Shown one piece after another: positions 41,689 to 54,187 of a stretch of DNA of 64,000 nucleotides (position 1 is the stretch's first letter; every line of letters begins with the position of its first letter). The notes below the pieces were generated by a model. It saw only the letters and a program-made list of their open reading frames with translations. It was not told where the DNA came from and did not search any database. A program made the translations under genes and the position numbers. The stretch lies in NCBI GenBank assembly GCA_000165425.1, contig CT868141.1, positions 248,001 to 312,000 of the forward strand, read 5' to 3'. Source of the DNA: Paramecium tetraurelia (taxonomy: Eukaryota).

Positions 41689-42883
41689 TCAATCAATCTC
41701 TTTAAACTTTTTGTTTTTAATACATTAGAAGCATATTCTTAATTCGCATTAAGCACAGTAAAAAGCAATTGGTTAAATCATGTCTTCCCCTTTTTTGTCG
41801 CACGCAGAACATCTAAAATCATCAGAGATTTGATTCATTTAATGCTTAGAAGAGCATGAAGGTTTCATTGATTATTTTTCAAATTTTAATTCAGGAAACA
41901 AACATTTAAAGCAAATAAAGGTTGTACATTATTGACAAAAATATCTACAAGTAGTATTTGGTTTTAAACATTTTGAACAATTCTTTCTCTTTTCTTCACC
42001 TGAAGGTTTTTTCCAAAAACTTAATTTGTGATTTTTAGAGCAAAACTATTAATTGCTATCAATCAATTCTCCATTCTATATCATTTTAGCTTATTACTAT
42101 TATTCTTAATTTTCCATTTAATGTTTTCTTTATTAATCATATTTTTCTATATTCTCTTTAAACTTCAATAATTTAGTTTGTAGTTCAATTTTTAATTGAC
42201 TATTTTCATCTTGCAGATACTACAATTATTATTTAGCTTAAGCCAATTAATTATCTCTATCGTTCTATTAATTTTTAATTTCAATTATAGCATAATTAGA
42301 CTCTTCTTTATAATCTTAAAATTTCTCTTATAATTATTTTATCATTTGTGTAAGTTCTTATAAGCATTTATGACTCTTTAGATCCTACAAAGTCACATTT
42401 TATTAGCACACAGGGCAATTTTAGGTTTTATGATAATGGCATATATTTTTCTAGATAATATATATACAATATACATGTGATTCGAGGTTAGTTCTCAATA
42501 TGTTTTATCCACATTTGCATGAAATTTATTGATATGGACACTCTGCCATATGTTTAATTACATTTTCTTGGGCCATTACAATTTTACATCCTTCATTATG
42601 ATTGAAACATCGAAATGATATTTTAGAAAGCTAATCCCTAACAATGCGATGAGGTTATTTAGTTGTAAAGGGTCCAGCACAATTTTAGTCTGGGCATCTC
42701 AAAATTAGAATTAGAATACTTATCATATGATGATTTAGAAATTTGATAACATTCTTTGCAATAGAGATTTTCACATTGAGTACATTCAACTGGATCGATG
42801 GTGAGATTATTGCAAATTTTGCACAATAGTGTTGAACAAAATGCTTCTATGGGTTGATAAAATATTCTTTAACTAGATTACAT
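41689..42883 (-). CDS. RING plus TRAF-type zinc-finger protein with a coiled coil and a C-terminal Cys-rich region
   Basis: LLCKICNNLTIDPVECTQCENLYCKEC..CP forms the RING, and FRCFNHNEGC..HMAECPYQQISCKCG the TRAF zinc finger. The C-terminus has CSKC..CQQCTTFICFKC and CSAC..YCAQCELRICFQC. Confidence 0.78.
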
Positions 42884-42925
42884 CTTAATAAATAAATAAA
42901 TAATTTATCATAGAAAAACTAGGGT

Positions 42926-44238
42926 TCACCTATAATATAAATATGCCTCAGCTTCCAAGCACTTAAATCTTGACTAATTACTTATTTTTTGAAATTTGCC
43001 TAACTTTCTTTCACAATCATTAATCTTAGCGAGCAAACTTGATGGCTATTCGAAATCCAATGATAGATTACTCTACTCAATAATACTTCCATTTAATAGC
43101 AATTTATTTTAGATTGCCTTAACTTACTTCTATTTAATTTAGTCTTACAAGTTGATATTGAAATAATTCAATTTGTTCAAGTAGTCATAATCGAATTTCA
43201 AAGTCTCTAGTGCTTTTTATAATAGTTCTTCAGGTGATAATACTATGGATTGTAAATCAGGCGATAAGGCTTCTCGGTTCAATAACTTGTCTATAGTTGA
43301 ATCTAATTCAGGATCGACTCCTAGAATAAACTTAGAGATAATTAATGATTTAGAGATGTTTCTTCTTAGTTTAAAATGATATTCAAATTACGAAATGTCA
43401 TTAGGACAATTAGGTTTAATTTCCTTAAAGAAGGTGTGTATGATTTTTCTTGTTTTAAAATAAAACTTACTTGCTTAAACCCTGGGTCTTTAAAATAATT
43501 TTTGTGATGGTTTTTTCTATACGAAATATTTGTTTAAGAATCTCGTAGTTCATAACTACTTATTCAATCATGTATTTTGGATCTTGGACTTAGCGATTGT
43601 TATCTAGGATTAAATCATTAAAGGCTATTTTATCATCTAAAACATATTCACATAATAGATTTCTCAATGTTTTTTCAGTTTGAAGCTATTAGATTCAAAT
43701 AAATAATTACATTAGGTCTTCTTTTCGGACTTTCAGTTCTACTCAATTTCAACAGAGTACTTGAATTAAGATTTAAAGATCTGCCATCATTCAATTAATC
43801 TTAGAGTGCTCTTTTAATCTCTTAAATTCTTGGGGATTATCCATTAATAGATCTATTTTAGTAGAATGCTTAATTCCATTAATCTAAATCACATTGTCTT
43901 TTTGAGATGTTATGAAATACTTTAATCCTCTTTTTTGTTTTATTCAATTATTCTGTTTAAGTTTTTTGTAAATTAATTTTAGGAAGTGCTTGAATAGATT
44001 AAGACATCTCAATGGGTTTTATTGGTGATGAAATTCTTTCTTAATATGATTCTTCTTTTTATTTTTTTCTTGCTGATGATTTTTATAACGTAATGAGTTC
44101 ATCATGTAAAATTTAAGAAACAGATCGACTCTTAATTAGCTATTACATTGGCATATTCATACAAAACACTTTTTTCTATCTTTGCACTGGTAATGTTTCA
44201 AAGGTTCCAAAATCTTGATCTTAAATATATTTTAACAT
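42926..44238 (-). CDS. Hypothetical protein
   Basis: Long ciliate-code frame from MLKYIQDQDFGTFETLPVQ to ..RFKCLEAEAYLYYR then TGA. No recognisable domain. Confidence 0.55.
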
Positions 44239-44990
44239 TAGCAATGCAATTAATTTATTATTAAATAAACTAAACCTATAAATTATACTGTAATCATTTC
44301 AATTAATATCTCTAAATAGTCTTATATCAACAATATATTTTCTAAACTTTGGAATTTTTATACAAATTCCACGAAATTTCATTTTATTCTGAAAGAATAC
44401 AGACTTACATTTGAACTAGGTTTGCAACATAATCATAATTGATTACAACTATAAACTTTTAATACTAAACTATAAAGGAAGATTATTGTTAAACTCAAAT
44501 TTATTAATGAAAAAAAATGAAGTAATTAGAATTTAGGAGTCTATATATATAAAGTACAATATCAATCAAATTATATTAGGTATATTTATTTGATAATCCT
44601 AATTATTCATGATCATTCCAATAAAATGTTATGGATTAACATATATTAATTAATTCATAATTATTTTATAATAAATTCTCACTCTATTAATAAAAGAAAT
44701 TATAAAACTGATATTGAAATTTTATAATAAAAAATAAATTTTAGAGATTTATACTACACATTCAACTATCCTTTCTAAAATATACATATTTTTAAATTCT
44801 TCACCCAAATAGAATACTAAATAGAAAGATAGTTAATCTCAAAACTATCTTTATTACATGTCAATATCAAAAGATATTGTTGAGATTGTATTTTAAACAT
44901 AAGTAGAAATAATTTATGTTTAGTCATGAGTGTCTGAATATGGTTAAGAGTTTTCAATAAAATAATATTTTTATTGACATAAAATTTATT

Positions 44991-46230
44991 ATGAAAAATT
45001 ATAATTCTTATCACTAATATAGATAAACAACTGTTCCATCTGAGGCTTCATCAGTTAAATCCCAAATCACAATTCAATCTTATTTAACTGCATCACCTGT
45101 AATTATATTAGAAATCTATTAATGATTAGAAATAGAGAAACTAACTAATTCGTTCGTCTTTCAAAGTTTACTAGGAAATGAAGTAAGAAATCATTTAGAA
45201 TCAATAATGTAAGTTATCCTTAAGATTTGAACAAATACACTTATTGATGGCATCACAGAAACTATTCTTACATTTATAAAAAATGCAAGCCTTTTATAAT
45301 AAGCAATAAAAATAGGAAGCATTTCAATTGATATTACGATTAGGAGCAATAGATTATAGCAATAGCAGCAGTATATTTAAAACACCATAGAGAAGTCATT
45401 CCCCTGGGATAGTATCGAAAGATATAGGGTATTAATAATAATTAAATAGTATTAGAATGGAAAAGAATATCCAGAATTAATAACTTATAAAGATTATATA
45501 AGAATTGTAATCTCAAATTGCTGGTAAGGAACTTTGTAAAATTATTTATTTAATTTAAACCAAGGTCATGAGAGATAGTTTATACTAAATAAAATAACAA
45601 ATAAAATTATCATAAAAATTCGAGAAAATCAAAAGTATTTTGGAGGTCTCCTCAAAAAGATTTGCATTAAATGAATTGAGAGAAAAGAAAAATAAAAGCA
45701 AAAAAATTGAAGCTGCAACCTTGTTATTGGCTTTCAAATTGGAGAAATTCAAATTGAACTTGGAATTCACTTTTTTTTATCAACTAAAGCTATCATAGAT
45801 GAAATAATAACTGATTACAAAATAACAAATCTAATTAAAGCTAAATGGATATAGAATGGGAGATAAAAACGAAAACATTAGATTGCTAAGACTTCATTAG
45901 GTTATAATAAAGATTTGTTACAGGTTTCCATTTAATTAGTTTAAAAAAAACTAATACTCATTCTAATAAATAGAATTAAATTAAAGGAATAGTGCTTCTA
46001 TCTAAAGATTTTCATTGGGGCAATTATCTCAAACAATGTCATAATAGGTATCATAAGTGTTGGAAGCGACACCAAAAAATGATGAACTAATAATAGAAGA
46101 ATAAGAAGTGTGTTAATAACCAGTTGTCGTTTAAAAACCAAAATCTATTTAGAAAGTGAATGGAAAATTAGCAAAATAGATAAAATTATATAGTAATATC
46201 CTATAAATAATTGATAGTCAGCAAATGTGA
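44991..46230 (+). CDS. Hypothetical Q/K-rich protein, several tiny introns
   Basis: MKNYNSYHQYRQTTVPSEASSVKSQ.. with GTA..AG intron candidates near 45098, 45182 and 45538. Ends ..IDSQQM then TGA. Confidence 0.5.
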
Positions 46231-46517
46231 GGAGTAGAAACAATAAGCATAATAGTCGAAACTCGAATAGATGGCAAAACTATCAAAAAAGAGTATTTAG
46301 GATGAAATAGACTAGAAGAAATAAAAGTCCAAGTCTTAAGTTTAAAGTAGGTTATTCTTGGTGGCAATATTTGTATTTGTTTTAATTTTTTTAATTCGTA
46401 TTATTAATTGAAAAATTTAGAGTAATAAAATGAAAAAATATAATTTATTAGTCCAATATTGGATGGATATTGAATTTTAGGAGTCAAAATGCAATATCTT
46501 AATAAATATGGGGGGGA

Positions 46518-48412
46518 TCATTTCAAATAATCGACATCTCCGCAACACATCATAATTAACACCTAAGCTTCATGAGTTTTACTTTCTATCAGTTTTCGTA
46601 TCATCTCAATCGGAATTTCTTGATCATAATTCATCTTTACTGCCTACATAATTACTTTTAGAATATAACATCAAATATTGATCTTGTAACATATTCAACC
46701 ATATTTGGCACACTTAACTCCCCCTTAGAATCTTTCAGCATCTCTTCCATCATAAATATACATCTTTTCTTAATTTCATCATAAGATAAAGATCCATTCT
46801 CGTTTTCATCTATTAACTAAATATTTTGCTATTACTATACTTTTAGTATCAATTCAATTTTATTGTCATTTCTTTTTGCCTTGATTAAATTAATAGCCTT
46901 CAAAAACCCTTCAAAAGTAAGGGTATTTTGTTTTGCAAAAAACTTGAAAATCTGATCAACGACTCCAGGAGGTGCCATTGATAGTTCTTCTAAACCAGCA
47001 TTGAAGGCTTCCCTTGAAATTCCATTTGGTATCACTTCATAAAAACAATAAAGTTACTCTATTTGGTTAATCCTGGGATTTAAGAGCATTCATAACTCAG
47101 CAATGCTTTATATCTGCTGTAAACCTCATAAATTTCTTATCTATCAAATCCTGTTTCTTACATTAATTAAGGGATATTATAATTGGTCATATGAGGAAGC
47201 TTTCTAGCAATATGATCAGGGATATTTGTGTACTAATTTCTGTTATCAATAAATAATTATACTGATTCTTTTATTTGATGGATTATTATTTTAATATCTC
47301 ACTATATTAAGTTTTAAAATTTGGCAATTTAAGATCTAATAGAGTATTAATGACTTACATCTACTAGAGGTTCTCTTTTGACTGGGATTGTAATACCCCT
47401 CTTTTTCCAAAATTTATTAGAATTCAGAAGGTTTTGGATAGGTAGTAGCAATTGTAAAATCTCTGACGGTTTCTTTTTCTATTTCTGGTTAAACAATGTT
47501 TCTTTCTGAATATAATTAATGTGCTGGTTCTTCAATCAATTTTTGTTTTTGATGGTCATAAACATGAATGCTCTTGTAGTACTCCTTCATGGCCTCGCTA
47601 TTTCGCTTCATTGTTAACAGCGTTTCATCGGGGACAATCTCTTTGATTTCCATATAGGTATAAAAAATGTCCTTATCCAAGATAAACTTTTAAAGATCAT
47701 TGATGTCATTAATATTGCTAACGATTGTCAAGAGTTTAACAAATTTATCCTGGGTGAATTACAAGTTGTGATAATTTAAGATTACAGTCCAGAAGTCCTT
47801 ATTTACAGTATTGCTTAAAATTAAGGTATTGCAATTTTATGGAATCTCTTCTGTGAACTAAATGATTTCATAGTTGCCCAAAGACAATTGGTTGTAGAAC
47901 TTAGGAACATTCAATCCCATCTACATCTTTAATAATAGATTTTATCTTGTTAGATAAATATCTTATTATTTAGCTTGCAATTCCGATCTTTGCATTTGGA
48001 TCACCTTGAATTAACTCATATCTTGAATTGATCCTTTGAAAACAAAAATGGATTGGAGATTTGTTTACAGATTGATTTCATATGAACTCATTCCCAAACG
48101 GGTTGTTGAATGTTTCTTTAGAAAACACTTTGATTTAATTCTGAGGGTTGGTATCTTAAATGAGTAAGCAATTCTTTCTGACGATGAAATGTTGATCAGA
48201 GAAGACAACTTCTCTTTGGGAGGTGACCCTATTTGAGATAATTGGCTTGGAATATATGATTAAGAACAGTTTGGACTTTTTCCTTTTAATTTTGGACTTT
48301 AACCGTTGTATGTTAATTATTGCTTAACCGCATTTCTCGAGATCCTTAAATTCTAGTAGGTTGGTTAGGTGAGAGCATTCAGTTTCAGCTAATTTATATT
48401 TTTAGTTGTCAT
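46518..48412 (-). CDS. EF-hand (calcineurin-B/NCS-like C-terminus) protein with a long N-terminal extension
   Basis: C-terminal GISREAFNAGLEEL..VVDQIFKFF..LTFEGFLKAI..KIELILK|LIDENENGSLSYDEI (an EF loop). The N-terminal frame is open from ATG 48412. Confidence 0.72.
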
Positions 48413-48430
48413 ATAAATTAAAAAAATTAA

Positions 48431-48721
48431 ATGTCTCATGAAAAAAGAACGTCGGCTGACTTTTTTAAATAAGTGTTTGGAAGAACAGTGAATGTGAAAT
48501 TGCATAATCGAACAGAGTACATTGGTGTTTTGGCTGCTTTGGATGGAAACATGAATCTGGTCTTGGAATAGTGGTAATTAGTGGGATGATTAAATAATAG
48601 TGAAGAATATCTGGAATAGAAACTCATCAACAAATATGGCTAAATATTATTGAGAGGAAATAATGTGCTTTACATTAGTGCCAAATTTAATCAAAAGTAA
48701 TAATAGGAGGAAGAAATTTGA
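48431..48721 (+). CDS. LSM6: U6 snRNA-associated Sm-like protein LSm6, one 27-nt intron (48574-48600)
   Basis: TSADFFKQVFGRTVNVKLHNRTEYIGVLAALDGNMNLVLEQCEEY..NKYGQILLRGNNVLYIS matches the LSm6 Sm1/Sm2 motifs. Confidence 0.9.
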
Positions 48722-48749
48722 TTAATTATGTATATTATATTTATTTTAT

Positions 48750-50629
48750 ATGGATTAAGAAATAAACCATTTCAATCTGCCTGATATAAGAGATAATGAT
48801 GATTCCGATGATCAAGAAGATTATAATCCATTTATCTATCATCACTAATAAGAAGGCTATCATTCATTTGAAAAAATATTTTAGAATCATTTTGATGTTG
48901 TAAATAATAGATGGATTACAATTCCAAGAACTAAAATCTATTTGCTGAGATCAGCTATGCACAAAATGAAAAAATGGTTGCTTTACTTAAGACAAGAGCA
49001 TCACATGATTTAATCTATTGTTAAATAAAATGATGATCTAAGGACTCAATTAAAGAAGAACCAAGAACAATATTCTAGTCATTATCTTGTTGAATAACAG
49101 AGAACAAATCAAGTATTCTAAATAAATTATTACTAAGTTGTATGAGGAAATTAGGAAGGCGAGATAAGACTTAAAAGATAAAGTTATGTAAATGAATGAT
49201 CAAATCTAATAACTTAAAGATACGATTGCAGAAAAGGATAAAAAGATTTAAAGACAGGAATTAACTATACAAAGATTAAATGAAGTGAGCAATGGGTATG
49301 AAAATCAAAACAAAGGTTTGCAACAACAAATAAACAATCTCTAGAAGGATTTTACATATTTTAACAATATTAAAAAGTAAGGCTTCATTGATGAGAAGGC
49401 ATTAATTGGAGGGAGTTTGACAACTTTTGAGTTGGTTTTGGCATCAAAAGTGAAAAGTAAGATTTTATAGTTCCTGTCCCTAAAGGATTATCAAAGTCTA
49501 ATGATTTGTAATCGCAAACTCTATCTTTCCTTAATATCGCATAATACAATTATTCCACATGCAGTAAATTCCCTCAGTAACAAATTTAATCATTAGTACA
49601 AACTATTGCAAAGTGTAAATGAGGAATTCAAAGTATTCAAATTAAAAACATCATATAATAGAGTGTTATCAAATAGAGTGATGATCCAAAACTAAGAGAA
49701 ATCATGATAAAGTAGTATGAATTAAAGGTTAATTTCTCTGAATATATCATCCCTACTTTACGTGAATGCCAATCTTTAATAGATGGTGACAACTTTATAG
49801 GGTTGAAGAATAATTAGCACAATAGAGATTGTAAAATATGCATATCATTTAATTTAGTGATGGATCTATTGGAGGGCTATTTAACTCAATAAGCATCAAG
49901 TTATTAGGCAGCATTATAGAGTTTGGTCTAGGAGAAATTCCCTTGGAATCAATTCTTTCCCAAACCCTAAACTACTATCTAATAGGTTCAATTATAGAGA
50001 AAATAATTTCCAACTTCTTCGCAGATGTTTGCCCAATAAATCATCACTAGATTGTATGATCTCAGTACAGTGTGTGCTCAAGATTCTTCGATATTTGGGA
50101 TGTTTCTATCATAATTATAGCGTTGTTTAGCCTCATTATTTGTTTATGGATAACACTTGTCTCAGGAAGTCAATGATTTATAGTCACTCAATTACTATAT
50201 AATGACCAAATTCTTCTTTTTGTTGAAGGAAAAGAAATAAATTGAGGATCAATATGAAGATTTTAAGACTTAATTGGGACTCTACTAAGATGCGAAAAGA
50301 TTCTTAAAGTATTTTATATAGTAATTTATTAATATAGTGAGAAGGTGAAAGATTTAGAAAAGATTATCTCAGATAAAAATGAAAAAATCAGCGGGTTAAA
50401 TCAATAACTCTATATGAAGGAGAGTTAATTGAAATAGAACCAAATTATGGTCTAAAAAAACAATGAATCACTTCGTTTGTATTAGGATAAACTTAAAATT
50501 CTGGCCAGAGAAATTATGGAAGTCAGAAGGAAATATAAAAATACATGTGTGGAATACAATGAAATAGTGTCGAGGTTTAATTTGTTAAAAATTTAATTAG
50601 AGAAAATGGAGAAGCAGTAAAAAAATTGA
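48750..50629 (+). CDS. Coiled-coil hypothetical protein with a possible F-box-like segment
   Basis: MDQEINHFNLPDIRDNDDSDDQE.. is followed by long heptad-rich stretches. LASKVKSKILQFLSLKDYQSLMICNRKLY (about 49435-49530) resembles an F-box. Several tiny introns. Confidence 0.6.
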
Positions 50630-50673
50630 GTATAAAAATTATATTAAAAAAAGTATCCTTTATTTAAAATAAA

Positions 50674-51465
50674 ATGTCTTCTTCAAGTTCGTCGAGGTCA
50701 CGATCACCAAAGAAGAATAAGAAAAGAGTATATGTTACAGGATATTCTCTTAAAGAGGATTAACATGACATTAAAAAACTATTCAAAAAATTTGGAAAAA
50801 TCGAAGAATTTGCTTGGAAAGGGAAATATTGTTTCATTGTACATATGATGACTTAATTGTAGGAATTCAAAGACTCTGAAGATGCAGAAAAAGCTGTTAA
50901 AAAAATGAATAAGGAAGAAGTAAAAGGATCAGTGTTATAGGTCGAGATGGCTCGTGGTAATAAGCCGAGCAAAAATAACGGCCTATGCTATTCATGCGGT
51001 CGCTCTGGACATTTGTAAGTTTCACTATAGCATCCATTTCTTTATATATAGAATACGATTTATTTATATTTTAGTCATTTACCATTTTATTAGCGCTAAA
51101 AACTGTAGACATAGATCATCATCTTCCAGTTCATCTAGCTCTAGTAGGTAACGAATTAGACATAAAAATTTAGTGAGTCTAGAAAAAAACACAAGAAGAA
51201 ACATAAAAAAAAGAAGAGCTCATCCAGTTCGGATTCCTCATCAAGTAGTTCATCAAGCAGAAAGAAAAAGAATAAGAAGAAGAGTACAAAAAGGAAATCA
51301 AAGTCCTCTTCAAGAGGCTCTTCAAAAGACTCATAACATTCAGAGTCTTCTGCCGGCTCGTACTTTTAAAGTTGAATTCTGTTTAGCATTAATGACGAAA
51401 AAAAAGAAGAAAAAAACCCTATTGAAGAAGAGAATCAAGGGAATCAAGGAGATGGTAAGTAATGA
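50674..51465 (+). CDS. SR-type splicing factor (RRM + CCHC zinc knuckle + Ser/Arg/Lys-rich tail; SRSF7/RSZ-like); introns 50839-50862, 51015-51093, 51148-51173, 51360-51386
   Basis: RRM RVYVTG..LFKKFGKIEEF..KYCFI|EFKDSEDAEKAVKKMN..LQVEMARG. The knuckle CYSCGRSGHF|AKNC is restored only by removing 51015-51093. An S/R/K-rich tail follows. Confidence 0.87.
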
Positions 51466-52215
51466 AGTACCCGTGATGTTATAAATAAATTTGGTGTCCA
51501 ATAATATTCTTATTATTAATAAATATTATCAATAATTATTTTAATTCATTAATTTACTTAATTAAGTTGAATTTATTTCATAAAACTATTTCATAATATT
51601 CCAATACTGAGTAATAAAAGACTAAACACATTATCAAGTCAATTATTGAGAATTCAGTATTAAGTGAAAATAAGCTCAAGTTAATGCTTAGGACTTCTCA
51701 AATTTATACTTTTTGTTTCATATAGGAATAAAACATTAAAAGCGAATTTCGATACATATGCACTTTGGATATGATAGTTCTTGAAAACAATATCTAATTT
51801 AAAGTAAGAAGATGGTATATTTAAATTAAAGTCTCACTTATCGAATAATAAGATCCAAAAAAATTGTCTATTGGAAATACTATACTCCATATTCTTATGC
51901 TCTTTAATTAACTCCTACATTTTTGAAAGATATCTATCAATTAAAGTATGTTCCAATATGCTGACTGAAGATTATTCTAAAATTTTTAATTACTTTTTTG
52001 TAAATCTCTAAAAGTAAATAGAATAATTTTAACAAGAGAATTCTAATTTTGAAACGAAACTTCAGCCAAAATTGTTAGGAATTAAATAGTTATTCATAAT
52101 TCATTTATTTCATATCTTATTAGTTGATATGAATTGTTCCATTATTGAAATTTAATATATTAATTTATTGTTTATAAAATGCCTAATACATACAATATAT
52201 GATAATAATGTATAA

Positions 52216-53950
52216 TGATTAAATATTATCCTCAACCTCCGCAAGCAAATATGTTCACTATACAAAGAGCATTATCACTTTCTTGTTTTACTGAAACAGA
52301 TCCATCTGTATTATTATCCCAATAACAAGATGCTGAGAGACTGACCCCACAATCAGCTTTTTAAAGAATGAGACAACTAACTATAAATTTATAGTGCTTA
52401 TGATTTAGATCTTTCAATTTAATTAAGATTGTGTCACAGATTGAATTACTTTTTTTCTATGATTCCTCGGGATTATTGTAATTATATGTTTTTATTTCTT
52501 AATCAAGTATTCCTTGAGCTATCTTTGTTACATCTGGTTTTAATAGATTACTAAAATTATCATCTTTTTCAAAATTGGACATTATATTTATATTTTTCTA
52601 TTATTATTAATTTTACTTCTTATTCGGATTAATTATAAATACAATTCAATGAGACAACCTAAGAGATGTATTAATTTCTCCTTTATATATTTTCAAAAGA
52701 AAGAATCTGTTTCAAATTTTAAGATAAATATATAGGAAGAAAGTATTTTAAATTTAAATTAAAAATTATATCATCTTTTATAATCTAAGAATCAGAAGGA
52801 GCAATGATTTGATGCTGAACCATTATTTTATATATAAATTATATTATATCTATTATATCTCATTTTAGACTGATTAATTCGGAGTTAATATAAATATCAA
52901 ACCCATAATTTTAAACTTTTGCTTTTTATATATAAAGTAAAAATTGGTTATTTAAAATCAATAGAAGTATACGCACCTTACTAAGAAGAATTTTAGGATA
53001 GCAAGAAGTGCACTTTGGAAAAAGATTTGATATTAATTATATGGATGCATTTATAAACGCTATCTATATACCTATAAAATTAAAATTGAAATATTCATTC
53101 GGATTCTAAGTTCATTTGTAGATGGATTTCTCAAAATAAATACAAGAATATATATATTTTAAAGAAAAAGTGTTTAGTATCAAAGTTTTTGAAGATTGGC
53201 ATTTTAGAGTTTAGAAGAAATCTTTTGGATGCGTGAAACTGAAAAAAGAATTTTAACACTCTATATGTCAGAGAGATCTTTTGTGTTGTGCCTAGTTTGT
53301 TAATTTAATTCTCCAATTATTCGTTTAGAAGATTATTAATACCTTTATACTATTAGAATTCAAAAATTATTAATTATTGTTTACCGTATTATTTATATGT
53401 TTATGAAAATGCTTTTCATTGAAAAAATGGAACATTTACTAATGACTATAATAATTTAGAAATTTAGCCGGATCCCAATTAGATTGATAATCTAGAAAGT
53501 TTTAGTTGTTTTCTCATTTTAGTATAGAATTGTTTTAATTCAAATGTCACATTTGTTATGAAAAATTAAGATTTGAATAACAATTGAAATTTCTTTAGAG
53601 TTTTCAAGATTTTCTTAACTGTCCTTATATAGGAGTGTTTTTCTTTTAGGAACTTAAGAATATGTATAATAAATTAATAGAAATTGTGAAGTCATATTGG
53701 AATTACAAATCTTTTTATCTCTGTTCTTTTATTGGATGTATCTACTTTTTTGGAAATGCCTATTGTTTTTGGAAAAGGATTCTTTAAAGAGAGAGTAATT
53801 AAAATCAATAATGTATTAATTATTTAGAATTCAAAAATATTTAGGAACTAAAAATTACTATCATTAAGATTTTAACTAACTAACTATTAAGATTATTAAT
53901 AATTAGAATTAGAAACTTATGATATGAATTGCTTTTTAGGAAATACTCTT
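52216..53950 (+). pseudogene. Degenerate multi-pass membrane protein gene, weakly membralin-like
   Basis: MIKYYPQPPQANMF..AFQRMRQLTIN is followed by repeated TGA stops and frame switches among hydrophobic segments. The late segment SFIGCIYFLEMPIV weakly recalls the membralin C-terminus. Confidence 0.3.
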
Positions 53951-54187
53951 TATATTTGGATCTTTTACATTTACTTTATTATTTGGAATATTATATTTTT
54001 GGAACTTACTACCTTATTATATTATTGTTTTTTTAGCCTACTATTATTATTTTGATGATTTTAACTGAAATAAAATTATGCTTTATTTTAAGTATTAAGT
54101 GATTATGTTTAAAATATTGAAAAAAGTGTTTTCTTTTTGATATTTTAATATGTAATAAATTAGTATTTATTATAATTCATAAATTTT

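Noticed and set aside
1669..48412. Apparent cluster of calcium and cilia genes (polycystin-like, C2 relic, CFAP57, Ca2+ release channel, EF-hand)
   Set aside because: These families are large in ciliates and are interspersed here with unrelated genes, so there is no evidence of functional clustering.
51173..51484. 103-aa basic ORF from the track
   Set aside because: It is an alternative frame of the SR protein's Ser/Lys-rich tail and has no true ATG start.
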